Positions 24,961 to 37,480 of a DNA stretch of 64,000 nt are shown piece by piece (the first letter of the stretch is position 1; each line of letters starts with the position of its first letter). This DNA is from Oopsacas minuta (lineage: Eukaryota > Animalia > Porifera). Under the pieces are notes generated by a model. That model made no database searches. It was given only the letters and a program-made list of their open reading frames with translations, and was not told where the DNA came from. The stretch lies in NCBI GenBank assembly GCA_024704765.1, contig JAKMXF010000343.1:806001-870000 (forward strand), written 5' to 3'. Made by a program: the position numbers and the translations under genes.

Positions 24961-25068
24961 CTGTTCTTCTATATCAGAAATTTCATCCTCATAATCCAAC
25001 ACATCATAAACATTTCCAGTTTGTTCTTTCAAACGCTGTTTGATTAATTGTCTCCTGGAAGAAATCTC
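24961..25068 (-). CDS. MFAP1: MFAP1 internal exon
   Basis: CCTAG acceptor and CAG|GT donor, 108 nt, phase 0/0. Encodes EISSRRQLIKQRLKEQTGNVYDVLDYEDEISDIEEQ, compared with EIERRRGMMRQRAQERKNEEMEVMEVEDE as I recall it. Confidence 0.8.
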
Positions 25069-25556
25069 CTAGGAAAATAACAATATTAAGAATAATAAAT
25101 CGAATAGAGTTACTGATAAGGAAGTATTCTATAGCATAAACTACTAAATTTAGGGGCATTTAATTATACCAATAATTAAGTAAATGTTATAGTATAATAA
25201 ACCTAGAAATCAAAGATGCAATAATAGATGTTCTAGAAGTTACAAATGTAAATAATGAGGATTGTTTCGAAAATGTAGACATTAGGTCACCAGATACACA
25301 AGAGGCTTAGTAGTTGAGAAGTAAGAAATTTTCATAGTAATGGTTTCATTCCTTTATGGCTTCATTGTGTTTCGAAACATTCGAGTAGCATACATTTCAA
25401 TTTTCAAATCATCTGGGAGCCTATTAGTTATGTAAATTTGAATCGAATCTTCGTGATTTTTGATGCTGAAATTAAGCTTTCGGATGCAAAATATAAAAGA
25501 TTTTCACATTGAATCTGATTTCTCATAAAATATATTAGCAATCCATGCTGCATATA

Positions 25557-26873
25557 CAGGTGGCCAATAAGTTCTATCCCATAACTTTATATAGTAATAT
25601 ATTGTATGCAACCATGATAAATAGGTAGCTTTCGTATTCAATTCATTGATTTAAGTCTTAAAATCGAAAGTCAACAGAATAGTATAGCATTTAGTACATA
25701 GCAACAAATTTGGTGGCAATGGAAAGCAAACGATCAGCAATAATCGAATTATTCAAAAATGGAAAAATCAAAAGAAATCATGAGAATACTAAATATTCCA
25801 GAAAACAAGAAGAAAGTTGATATTTCGAACTATAAAAGGATTCAACAAGACTGATAGCATTATAGACAAACCTAGAAGTGGTCGCCCAGTGTCAGTTACG
25901 ACTATACGGATGAGAAAGACAGTCAGGAGTTGGGTAAGGAGGAATCCTCAGCGATCAGTAAGAAAAATGACCAAAGAAATAAAAATATCTCGTGGATCGC
26001 TTCGAAATATTGTAAGAAGAGACTTAGGGTTATCTTCTTTTAAGCGGAGAAAAGTTCACTTCATTACTGATCAAATAAAAATGAAGAGGCTGTCAAGAAG
26101 CAAAGGACTCCTTTCTCGATTCGCCGCCCAAGGCCTTGATCGAGTACTTTTCTCTGACGAGAAACTCTTTACTGTGGAGTAAGCATCTAAGCATCAAATC
26201 GTCAGAATGATAGAATTTTGTCGACACGTACCTCTGCCATCCCTGAGATATACAAATTTGTCAAACGAGTACAGAAACCACTCTCGGCGATGGTTTGGGG
26301 GGGAATATCCTCTGTTGTCGGACACCGCTTGCTTTCGTCCCATCTGGTGTAAAAATCAACACTGCAACATACAAGGAGCTCATTCTAGAACCATTAGTGA
26401 AAGACCTTGGCAAGACCATGTTTGAAAATGGTTCATTTGTTTTCAACAGGACGGTGCGCCTGCTCACACTGTAAAAAGCACTCAAGAGTGGCTTGGTGCA
26501 AATATTTCCCACTTTATCACGAAGGTAGAATGACCTCTTTCTAGTCCAGAACTAAACCCTTTGGATTTCTCTCTTTTGGCCGATTTTGGAGTCAAGAGCC
26601 TGCTCGAAGTCTCATACGAATATCGAATCATTGAAGACATCTTTGAGGCGTTAATGGGAAATATCCCTTAAGAAATTGTTCGTACCGCTGTAGCGGTAGT
26701 CAATCAGCGTCTGAAGTCTGTGATCAACCAAAAGGGTGGATATATTGAATGACAGTCGTATAAAATATATGTAATAGTATGTAGAAGCGTATGTTAAAAT
26801 GTCAACAAGATCGAATGAGAATTCGTTAAGCTACAATAATTTTTCAATATGGCAGAACTTATTAGCCATCCTG
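25557..26873 (+). mobile_element. maT (DD37D) transposon, defective
   Basis: TA|CAGGTGGCCAATAAGTTCT...AGAACTTATTAGCCATCCTG|TA. Motifs FSDEKLF, QQDGAPAH and SSPELNPLDF, with 37 aa between D2 and D3. Confidence 0.85.
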
Positions 26874-27178
26874 TATTCTAGACAATTTTTGGATGCTGAT
26901 TTCAAATTTTGTATCAGATATATTCTAAACTGTGTACTTTTCACGTGAAGGATTGTTGTACCAAGGGTAAAATGAATCCAATTTTCCATGGATAAAATTC
27001 TGAAAGTGTCTGAATAGAAAAGTCAAGGAACGTCAAAGCGAAAATAATACCAGTTGTTGGTACAATTTATAGTATGTTATGTGAAGATGACAGGCTGGAA
27101 CAGTGCGTAAATTCGATTTTTGGTTACATTCCATTGTCTCTAACCGTTGCTATGGAAATTCCTAAAGTGATATCCGTA

Positions 27179-28510
27179 CTAGGGCGTTCAATAAGCCTTG
27201 CGGGTGATATTATAGAATATGATATAAACACTATACACACTAATTCACTATAGTATTCATTCAAAGTAATCCCCTCCTACAGATACACAAAGTTTTAATT
27301 AACCTTTCCACCCACTTGTAAAACACATTTCTGTACTCTTCTTCGAGGATGGATTTGAAGTACTGGTACAGGCCCGTTCCGAGTGCTTGTAATGTTTTAA
27401 AATCTTTGCCTTGAAGGTAGATTGTAAGCTCGGGGATTATCCAAAATCACATGGAGCTAGGACTGGTGAGTATGATGGATGGGGAAGTAATTCTAACCCT
27501 TCTATATCCAAGAAATTTTTGGTAAGCTTGGTTGTAGGGAACTGGCGTTATAAATTAAAATCTTCATTCCTCGAGTTCCGGTTTTCGGGCGGTAATTTTC
27601 TAAATTTTTATCAAATTTGAAACACTTGCTTGTGAAGAAAGTAGCAGTAACAGCCTTGCCACTCTCACAAGGTAATTGCAAGACAATTCCATGACTACTG
27701 AAGAAGATAGTATACATAATCTTAACTTTACTAAAGTCGGGCCTAGGAACTTTCGCCGGTTGTTCGTCGCCTCTCACCCATGATCGCTTCTTATACTTGC
27801 TATATGGTGTTGAATAGTACACCCACGTCTCGTCACCAGTAATAATCTCTGTTAGGCGTCTAGAATCGCAGTTCTCATAAGTTTCCAAGAGTTTCTTGGC
27901 AATATTTAGTCGTGCCAACCTTTGATTCTGACTAAGCTTATGCGGGACCCATTTCCCACAAATCGATCGGTAGCCAGGCTCAGTAGTCAGAATTGTATGA
28001 ATAGCTCCTGATGAAATCTCCATACTTTGTTCTAACTGATTGACAGTAATGCACTTGTCTTTCATGACCATACTTTCAATGAGTGCGATATTCTCTGAAG
28101 TGGTGGCGGATACCGATCTTCCAGATAGAGGCAAATCTGTGACATCAGCATTACCAGATCTAAAACGGGCAGCCCATCGCTCTACAGTAATCTGGAAGGG
28201 CAATCCACGCGCAATATCACCTGTAACTCGCTGAAGATCTGTACGGGCTGGATCTTGAGTATTGTGCGAAACTCTATGTAAGCTCGCCATTTGAGGTTGA
28301 AATTATCATCCGTTGAAGCCATAAATTCAACAGTAGGTATAAATTGACTACACGTAGCTATCTCAAAAATTCATGATTTGTATTGAATAAGCTTGAAACT
28401 TTCAGTATATGGGGTTTAACTATATGGGCTTATAATATATGAAAGTTGATATATTACTTGACTAATTCCTAAGATATATCACGACTCGCAAGACTTATTG
28501 AACGCCCTGA
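27179..28510 (-). mobile_element. mariner transposon, defective
   Basis: TA-flanked TIRs AGGGCGTTCAATAAG. ORF 28290-27502 has WVPHKL and ITGDETWVY. Confidence 0.88.
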
Positions 28511-28991
28511 TAACTATGTAATTGAATACTCGTCTAATCATAATTATTCTTGGAAATACTGCACAAAAATTAAACATATAAATATGTGTATATACATTTA
28601 CTTGGGGTTTTGAATCATGCACCTCTATTTTCTCATAGGTAATTTATTCGTGATCAATGGCAGAACCAATGGCTGCGATGACTTCCCCCGAATCGCGTCT
28701 CGATTTAACGAGAATCCTAAAAGCAAATGGCAATAGCGTCCAAACAACTCTCTGTACCTTGGAGATTTCCATGGATTAGACCATGCCAAGCAGGATAAAC
28801 TTGAATTGATTCCACATAGAATAAGAGATACGATTAGAATTTCAAAGATATCACTTGAATCTCTGCATAGAGATTGGTGGCATTCTGAAATTTGCTTAGA
28901 ATTATTTATCGCTTAAAAGTCCCTCAAAACTAAGTCGGTGTGCCAAAAGAAAGAACTTAACAATCTTTCATTCCAACATCAGCGTTTCTGC

Positions 28992-31900
28992 CAGGCACGT
29001 AGCTACGGGGGGCAAGGGGGGCAGTTGCCCTCCAAAATTTTTCTCGCCCCCCAAGATAAATTTGGAAGTATTCGTTTTTATATCCAATGTAGTTAGCTTA
29101 TTAGTAATATTGCTCTATTAACAACCAGCTTTTGGGTCCCAAACGGGATTATAATGTTAATTGCCCTATTAGCAACCAAATTTCTGCAAAATCCGAGTTG
29201 CCAATAAGCGAACGCCACTTTAGTAAATAGCCTATGTACTTCAACTGCATCGCCAAAACTATGAAATCATTAACTCTCGTTGCGATGATGGTTTTAATAC
29301 TAGACAAAAAGTAACGCTCATTGATAGTAAACTCGTTCTATTTTGACAGGCACTGAATTTCTACTATAATTTTAGTTGAATTAGCACGAGCACTAGTAAT
29401 TATTGTCAGAAGTTAGACTGTCCATTGAAGAAATTGAAGCATTGGTGATGGTCTTAGGGTTTCAGTTTTCAAAGCTTGTTTTGAAATTTACACATGAGTG
29501 AAGCCAATTTCAGATATTCTCAATAAGTTATAAAGTCATTCTAAATCATCATATCTTTCACATTTTCTGTTCTTCAATTAGTTCAGTTACTTGTATCTCA
29601 AACAATTCTAGATGACTAAAAGACTACAACAAAGCGAAGTTCAGGCATATTTTAAAAGAAATCGAATAGAAATCGAAGATCATGTCGTCTCTTCAAATTA
29701 TGACGAGGTAGAGCCTGTTGTTACGAGTCTTCAAGTTGCGAACCCTTAACTTCCGATTATTGTACAACTATATCAACTCCGAGTTTAAATACGACTCATA
29801 TACAATCATCAATTGTGACTGTAAATGATTTGTCCAAAATGGTGAGAAACCGAGGCAGCCTTCTATTATCTTCCCAAAAAATGAGGCCGATAGACATTTT
29901 AGTACTCATTGGTATGCCCAATTCTCCTGGATAGAGTATAGCAAAGAACTCGATGCTAGATTTTGCCAACGTGTCGGCTTTTGGAGGATCAACAGTTGAA
30001 GCAACGTTCTCAACAAAAGGATTTTGTGACTGGAGGAAACTTGGGGACAAGTGCAGAAAGCACGATAGTTCTGTGTGTCATATGGCAGCTGTTGAAACAC
30101 AGAAAGTCTGGGCAATTCATCAAATAATAGGGACGGTAGATAAGCAACTGGATCCAAATTTTCGAAATGAGAAATTCATAGATGACAATCGGAAACATTT
30201 AATGACTGTTCTTGACATTATTACTTTTTGTGCCGAACAAGATATTCCTGTCCGAGGAGATGATGAATCAGGTCAGTCGCTTAATAAAGGGAACTTTCTT
30301 GAAATATTAGAACTTTTAGGAAAATATGATAGCAATGTGACCAAGAGGATAGAAAGTCTTCCAGGAAATGCAAAAATGGTAAGTCCAGATATTCAAAAAT
30401 GATTTGCTTACATCACTCGCTTCAGTGCTTCTAGACTATGTTAAAAGTGAAGTAGAAATCGCGTCTTGTTATGCCATTCTAGCTGACGAAGTAAAAGATG
30501 CATCTAAGAAGGAGTTGTTAGGTGCTTATTGCGATATATCCATAAAGGTAATGTCCGAGAAAGAGCTATTGGCTTTATTGAATTGAAGGACATGGATGCG
30601 GGCACCATCTCTGAAAAACTGATAGAGCTACTTAAGCTTTTGAGCGCGATCCTCTGAAATGTGTAGGGCAGGGTTATGATGGGGCTAGTGTTATGTCAGG
30701 AATACACGGTGGTGTCCAAGCTCGCATGAAAGGAGCAGGTTATCGCAATGCCACATATGTTCATTGTGCTTCACATAGGCTTAACTTAGTATTAGCTGCA
30801 ACTGCTGAACGACATCCTCTGATGAAATCTTCCTTTGATATATTGGATTTGACGTATTCGTTCATGAATGGAACAAAGCGACATGCAGTTTTCATAGACG
30901 TCCAGGAAGAGCGCTATCCGAAAGTCCAAGCTCTTGAACTTGCACATTCATGTAGTACTCGTTGGTCTTCCCGTTCTTTGCAGGTGGAAAGGTTTCTGCG
31001 TCGGTTTGATTGCATACTTGATACATTAAGCGTATTCGAAAATGATAATGATGCAAACACAAATTTAGCAGCTAAATCTTTACTGGATAGTCTACAACAA
31101 AGAAATTTATGACCATCTTAGTTTACTTTGGTAGGCTGTATGATTACTCTGATTTTTGCACTAAAGCTTTTCAGAAGTCGACAGCAACTGCTTCTTCTTG
31201 CTTGATATTACTTGTCGATCTGAGGGAAAGGTTGGTCAATTTGATTTTGACAAGGTTGTCGAATATGCCAAAGATCTGTCCGGTAAATATTCAATCGAAA
31301 TTTTTGATGTAAGAGACACAATTAGGCAACGGCGTCTTCCAGAAAGGTTTAGAGAAGGATATCTAAATAACTCTGTTGGACACAAACACATCCAACTTTG
31401 AAGAGCCTGAAATATTGTTACGCAAAATGTCCGCGAGATCTTAGCAGAATTGGATGCCCGTTTTGGTGCAGATCAATCAGACATCATGAAGGCTGCTGAT
31501 TGCTGCTTACCAAGGTATCAAAACTTCTTAACAAACAGGAATTGAATACACTATCTGAACAGTATGCAATATATATCAAAGATTGTGAAACAGACGTTTT
31601 CTGTTCGTTTATTGTTCGGAAAGATGAATCTCAGCTAAATACTTTGATCGATGTACTGGATGTGATTGACAAAGATATTTTCCCTGATATTTTCAACTTA
31701 TACCAAATTCTTGTGACTATCCCTCAGACGTCTTGCAAGGTTGAGCGAATGTTCTCATCTATTAAGAGAATAAAAACACGTTTGCGCTCACAAATGACCA
31801 CTGAGAGTCTCAACTATCTTGTCCTGTTATCTATTGAAAAATATATTGCAGAAACACTTTGTTATAATGATATGATTGAACATTTTAAGCAGATGGAGCA

Positions 31901-32168
31901 CCGCCGCTTTCTTTTGTAATGCCAAATAGTATCCCTGAATTGAGTTTAGTATCTTAATAAATGCTCTTACTATGATGTACACTAGTCCAGTGTTCCCTAA
32001 CTTAGTAATCTGGTACTTTATGAATTAAAAAGGTTATACATGTAAGAAAAGGAGACTGGATCGTACTTGTTATACACAAGTAATTAACTTTTCAAAAATA
32101 TTTATCCCTGAAATTGCCCTCCCGAAATACTTCTTGCCCCTGAATGTCTTACTCTAGCTACATGCCTG
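28992..32168 (+). mobile_element. hAT transposon, Tip100/ZMYM1 (DUF4371)-like, defective
   Basis: TIR CAGGCA(C/T)GTAGCTA with 8-bp duplication GTTTCTGC/GTTTCCGC. Motifs F..KGF.DW, RGDDES..NKGNFLE, ADE..D.SKKE, YVHCASHRLNL, TRWSSR and the dimerisation motif ERMFS. Confidence 0.88.
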
Positions 32169-32414
32169 GTTTCCGCATCTTTAGTGTTCTTGAGTCTATC
32201 AAGTCCTTCTCGGTAATCGAAAACACTTCTGAAATTGCAATTTTTATGCAATGAAGAAGGCAATCAATAATTTGCAAGGGTATCTAAATCAAATGGGCAG
32301 GGAAAATTCTCCGATCAATTCGGACGTGCATCCAAAAGCAGAGAATTGGATGTGGACAAGGCATTATTTCTTTTGGATCTACTAGAGATTGGCAAGAGGA
32401 AGTAAACTCTACTA

Positions 32415-34729
32415 CAATGGTTCTGAAACTTTTCTTATTGTGTACTCCTCAAGTTGGATCTTGTGTGTGATGTACCCCTTAAAATGGTAGCATTGTAAAT
32501 ACTAGGATTACATTCCTTTCTACCCAGTTGTGGAAAATAAAAGTGTTTTATATTCTAGCAATATAAATAAAATAATTAATTAGTGGGAAGGCGAACTTGC
32601 ATATTGAGTACTAGGCTATCGATTCGTGGCACCGTTTTTGTAAGGGCCAGACGGAGATCAGCTTCCACATGCAACTGCGCTCTAAATTAGCATTGAATTA
32701 GTAATAGTGCTGAAAATCCGTGTTCACAAAGGTAAGTACTGGGAAACATCAACAAAGTTTTACTGAGCTGTCTGCCATGTTGGGAAATATCAAGCTCATT
32801 TCGTACCAGAGCTTTATGAGTGCGAATGTTTCAAATTGATCTCGGGCATTAGAATCATTGACTAATTCAACAAATCCCTCTTGAACTCTAACTGGTATAG
32901 AACTTACATCGCATCTAAATGGATTTCGAATCATTTTCATGTGCAGGTCGCTCAGATCTGGGAAGTAAGCTTGAAATTCATTTCGAAAGGCTGAGACGTG
33001 AGCCTTCACTAGAGCAAATAAACTCTGATCTGTAGTACCCTCTTTTCCAAGAGTTGCTAAGAGGCTTTCAAAAAAATCGAACTTTCCCACGATTAATTCG
33101 GCTTCCCAGAGTTCTTACTTCTTAATAAATGCCCGAATCTTGTCCACACAATCAATGACGATAGTAGACCGTTCTTGGAAGGACTCGTTGATCAAGTTGA
33201 CTGGCGAGAAGATATCATTCAAGTAGGCGAGTTTTTTCAGCCATTCTTTGTCTGAAAGTTAACAGAAGAATACTTTTGACTTCTTTTTCCCATCTCGTTC
33301 AAAGAATTCAAGCAAATGGTATTTCATTGAATATACTCGAGAGAGCCAACGAACTTCAGTATGGAACAGCAAATTCTGATGGTCAATATCTAATTCTTGG
33401 CACAATAGGCGAAACACACGTGTATTCAGAATACTGGACTTGATAATATGACCATGGTAACAACATCATCAAGAACAAGTTTTAGATCGGATGGAAGTGT
33501 TTTAGACGCACGAGCGTATCGGATATCATACAGTGATTGTGTTTCGAAACGGGATTCACTGTCTTCACACGAGCTCGAAATCCCGAATTAATTCTAAGCA
33601 TAGGTAAGCATAGGTAGGAGCACCATCTGTTGTGCAAGCAGAAACATTCTTCCAGGATACTCCCATTCTATCCAACTAATCAGAGACCTGCTTGAAGACA
33701 TTTTCACCTTTTGTAGTTGTTTCCAAGCAATGGAAAAATAGGAACTCTTCCTTGAATTCCCCGTCTTTGATGTACGAGCAAATACCAGTAGTTGTGCATA
33801 ACTAGAAAGTCCGTTGACTCATCAAGTTGAAACGAAACGTGTTCAACGGGGTTCCAAAATCTCAGCAACTACCTGCTACTCAACGCCATCTGCCATATCT
33901 GTAATTCGGTGCTTGATTGTGACGTTAGAGAGAGGCAGAGAGGCGAGTTTCTTTTCGTCGCTATCTCCCAAATGCAGTGCACGATGTCCTTACAACAGGG
34001 GAGTATAAGATTTTCTGCAATCGTATGCGGTTTCTTTTCTTGAGCGATTCGCAAAGCCACCATGTACGAGGCACGAAGACCTGCTTGAGTCTGTTGACTT
34101 AATTGTCCTCTGTGATCTATACGGATTCGCTTTACTCCTACCTCTTGGTGCTTGAAGAAATCTATATCCTTATCTGCAAGATTAGGGTGGCACCCGCTTA
34201 AATGGCGTTTTAGAAAACTTGGTTTCACCGAGCCCTCAGATAGCACCTTATAACATATTACACATTGTGGTAGTTCCCGTCCCTCTTTAAGTATGGATGT
34301 AAATCCATATTTGATATAGTCTTCATTATACTTCCGTTTCTTAGCAGATTCCATATGAATTTGGTGATAAAGTCAAGGTCTCAAAGAAATACTCTTCTAA
34401 TTTCCATTTTATAAGAACAATACGATACACGGGTGGGTGTGATATTCTAATCAATATGAGTTGGCACATATTACGGACAATGGAATCCTTAATTAGCATA
34501 ACCTCAAACATTAAATATTCAAGGGTGATAATAATTAGTGATGAAACCATTGTAACTGATACATATTAATTATTTGGCATGAAATTACTATCTATGTGCT
34601 GAGTCTGTTGACATGATAGTGTGTAACTCGAAATATTTGTATATGATTATTACAGAATTGAAATGATTAGGTGAAACACCGGCGTACCCCTAGGAAAAGT
34701 GCTGGCGTACCCCAGTTTGAGAACCACTG
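32415..34729 (-). mobile_element. hAT transposon, Buster/ZBED5-8-like, defective
   Basis: TIRs CA(G/A)TGGTTCT(C/G)AAACT. ORF 34354-33869 (KRKYNEDYIKYGF..PQCVIC..KPS.LKRHL..H, KKPHTIAENLILP). LFHTEVRWLSR is present on the minus strand near 33345. Confidence 0.88.
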
Positions 34730-34737
34730 ATCTAGAA

Positions 34738-36672
34738 GTATAAAGGTAGCTAACTAAATTAAAAGTGTTGAGAGTACGACTTCCTTTTATATATCTTGTT
34801 GGGATTATCTCTGAAGAGCCTCCAACAGTAATCGGACATCATGTCCTCATTCCAGAAACCTTGGTATCGGGTTTCCATCTCCTGTATGTCTTGGTGGAAT
34901 CTCACAGCCTGTTCATCACTTACAGCACCAAGGTTCTCAGGGAAAAAATCAAGGTGAGAGTGCAAGAAGTGAAGTTTTAGCGACATGCGACAGCCCATCT
35001 TCTCGTATGCGTTAAGCAAGGTTTCCACTCCTCTCTCTGTAGTTGGACGACTTCTTGTTGCCCAAAAAGTTTTCACAAACCCATTTGAAAGAATTCCAAG
35101 CACTCATTTCTAATTCGGATAATGTCTTCTCGAAATCTGGATCTCTGAATACTTGTCTGATTTGTGGTCCTACAAATACTCCCTCTTTTAACTTGGCCTC
35201 GCTTAGTTTCGGAAATTTGCCTACCAAATGCAGAAATCTTGCTGAATTTGTTTTGCCCATTGTTTTAACGAATGTTTTCATTAATCCAAGTTTAATATGA
35301 AGTGGGGGTAAGAAAACTTTGTTTGGATCGACTAATGGCGAATGCTGTAAATTGGTTTTCCCCACTTCATAGGTTCTCTTCGGCCAATCACATTTTTTAT
35401 AATGTTCACCAGTTGCTCGGCTGTCCCATAGACATAGGAAACAACAATACTTTGTAAAACCTTGTTGCAAGCCCATCAATAGCCCGATTATCTTAAGATC
35501 ACCGCAGATATTCCATATATGTGTTCTATACTGTATTGCCTCCAAAACTTCCTGCAAATTGACGAAGGTTTCTTTGAGATAGACGGAGTGAGCAATTGGA
35601 ACGCCAGGCTTTAGATTTCCGTTATGCAACAGAACAGCTTTCAAACTGCGTTTTGATGAGTCGATGAAAAGGCACCAATCAGAGGAAGAATGTTCTTGTA
35701 ATAGATTTGCATAGAGTCCTTCGATATTATTACAATAGCACAGTGGACCATCAGTGGTGTAGTATTGAGCGAGATCGAAATTTCGTTTGCGATAGTGGGA
35801 TACTAGGACATCTTTGTCGAGTAGGCTTTTCTGTTTGAGCCTGAATGCAAGGAGTTCAGCTTTGTCTTTAGATAAGTCTAGATCCCTGACCAGGTCATTC
35901 AATTCTCCCTGTGTAAATGTTTGTGGCTCTAGTAATTCATCTTCCGGGACATAATTAGCATCTGTAGAATCTGCATGAAAATCTTCCACCATATCAGACC
36001 CGATTTTAATTTGCTGTGGCTTGGGAATTGGGATTGGCAATGAGATGTCGTGTGGAATTGTCCTGCGAGCAGAATCCAAGTCTGGGTAAACAAGAGCGTG
36101 CTTATTCTTGGCTGAGAATCCTGTAATGTCGATAAGGCAAAAGTAACAATCATCAAGGTGATTTTTCTGTTCCCTCCAGACCATGGGTATTGCAAATGGC
36201 ATTGAAACTTTCCTTTTGTTCAACCAATCACGTAGTCCACTTGAACAAGAAGTGCATATAACATGTGGTGCCCACAACTTGTCTTGGCCACTAAGTGGAC
36301 ATTCGAAGTACAATTTGTATATGTTCTTTAATTGATTTGTGATTGGTCGTATTTGTGATTTTACGCAAAAAGACCACATACGTAACAGAAATTGTCGGGA
36401 TGAGTTCTACAATTACGATGCATGTTTATAATTTGATTTGCTTGAATTCAAATAAGTAAAGTCATTTATATTCCAGATAATTGAATCAAGATAGGCATGC
36501 TCATAGAGCAATTTAGTAACTAGGTAATACTATACTATTGAAAAAATGGATATTGGATTTCAGAATAACTAGACGTGCTAGAGAAATTCTGATTGCAGAT
36601 TCGAGTTCAGCATTCAAAAGTATGCTAAGATAAATGTATGTGATCTCTGATGAGAAATCTTGTTGAGTTGTG
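34738..36672 (-). mobile_element. Chapaev3-like transposon, 3-prime terminus missing
   Basis: 5-prime end TTA|CACAACTCAACAAG at 36672. The 455-aa ORF 36379-35012 plus 35103-34759 has WAPHVIC..C, PMVWREQKNHLDDCYFC, FIDSSKRSLKAVLLHNGN, PPLHIKLGLMK and FHQDI. Confidence 0.8.
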
Positions 36673-37480
36673 TAATAAGTCAATAATAAAATAATTATAC
36701 TATGGTGCGAAACTAAATATTCCAAAATAAACTCACTTGTTCGTTCAAATCTTTATCATTTTCATAACTAAATATAGGATACATTATTAATTCAGTATGA
36801 TTGCTATATATTATCAAATCTACGAAGCTGCAGTTTACAGAAGCAGGAATTTCAGAAGATTACCAAACAATAACTATTAAGGAATGTTATTAGGTGCCAA
36901 ATGAACAGAGACAATCTAGCAAGCTAAGTACGTTGCAAGGCATTATCTAGGAACGCCGGATGCTCCTCTAGGAGCATGATCTTTCCCTATACTATCACGA
37001 CTTTCATTATTTAAGTGTATGAAATTTAGAGAGGAGCGCTAGGATCGTCCTCAGAAATCACTGAAAAATTATTGCCTAAGTGCTTTGTATAACAAGTAAT
37101 AGTGAATTTAATGAAAATAATATACAGCACTCTATATAAGCATTAATAAGCAGATGGACAAGCATTAGGTAACTGAACGATATGCCATTGTAGCTTTAAT
37201 ATCTCCATAAAGATATTTTATCAAAGAATAAATGAAACAAATTTTAGGCTTGCAGATGATGTAGGTTGATTTTCGATGTCTTTTTATCAAAGTAAGATGT
37301 ACATTGGTCCAACATTAGAAACACCAAATCAATCATATAAGAAACCACAATGGCTGATAAGTTGATACAGCAGAGTCGTAGATTTAGCGAGGTACTTATT
37401 ACTATTCGGACTTGATTGTGGCCACAAAATATTAAATAGAATGTTCGCATTCAGTATTAGAGGTGTTGAATAGTCAAATA

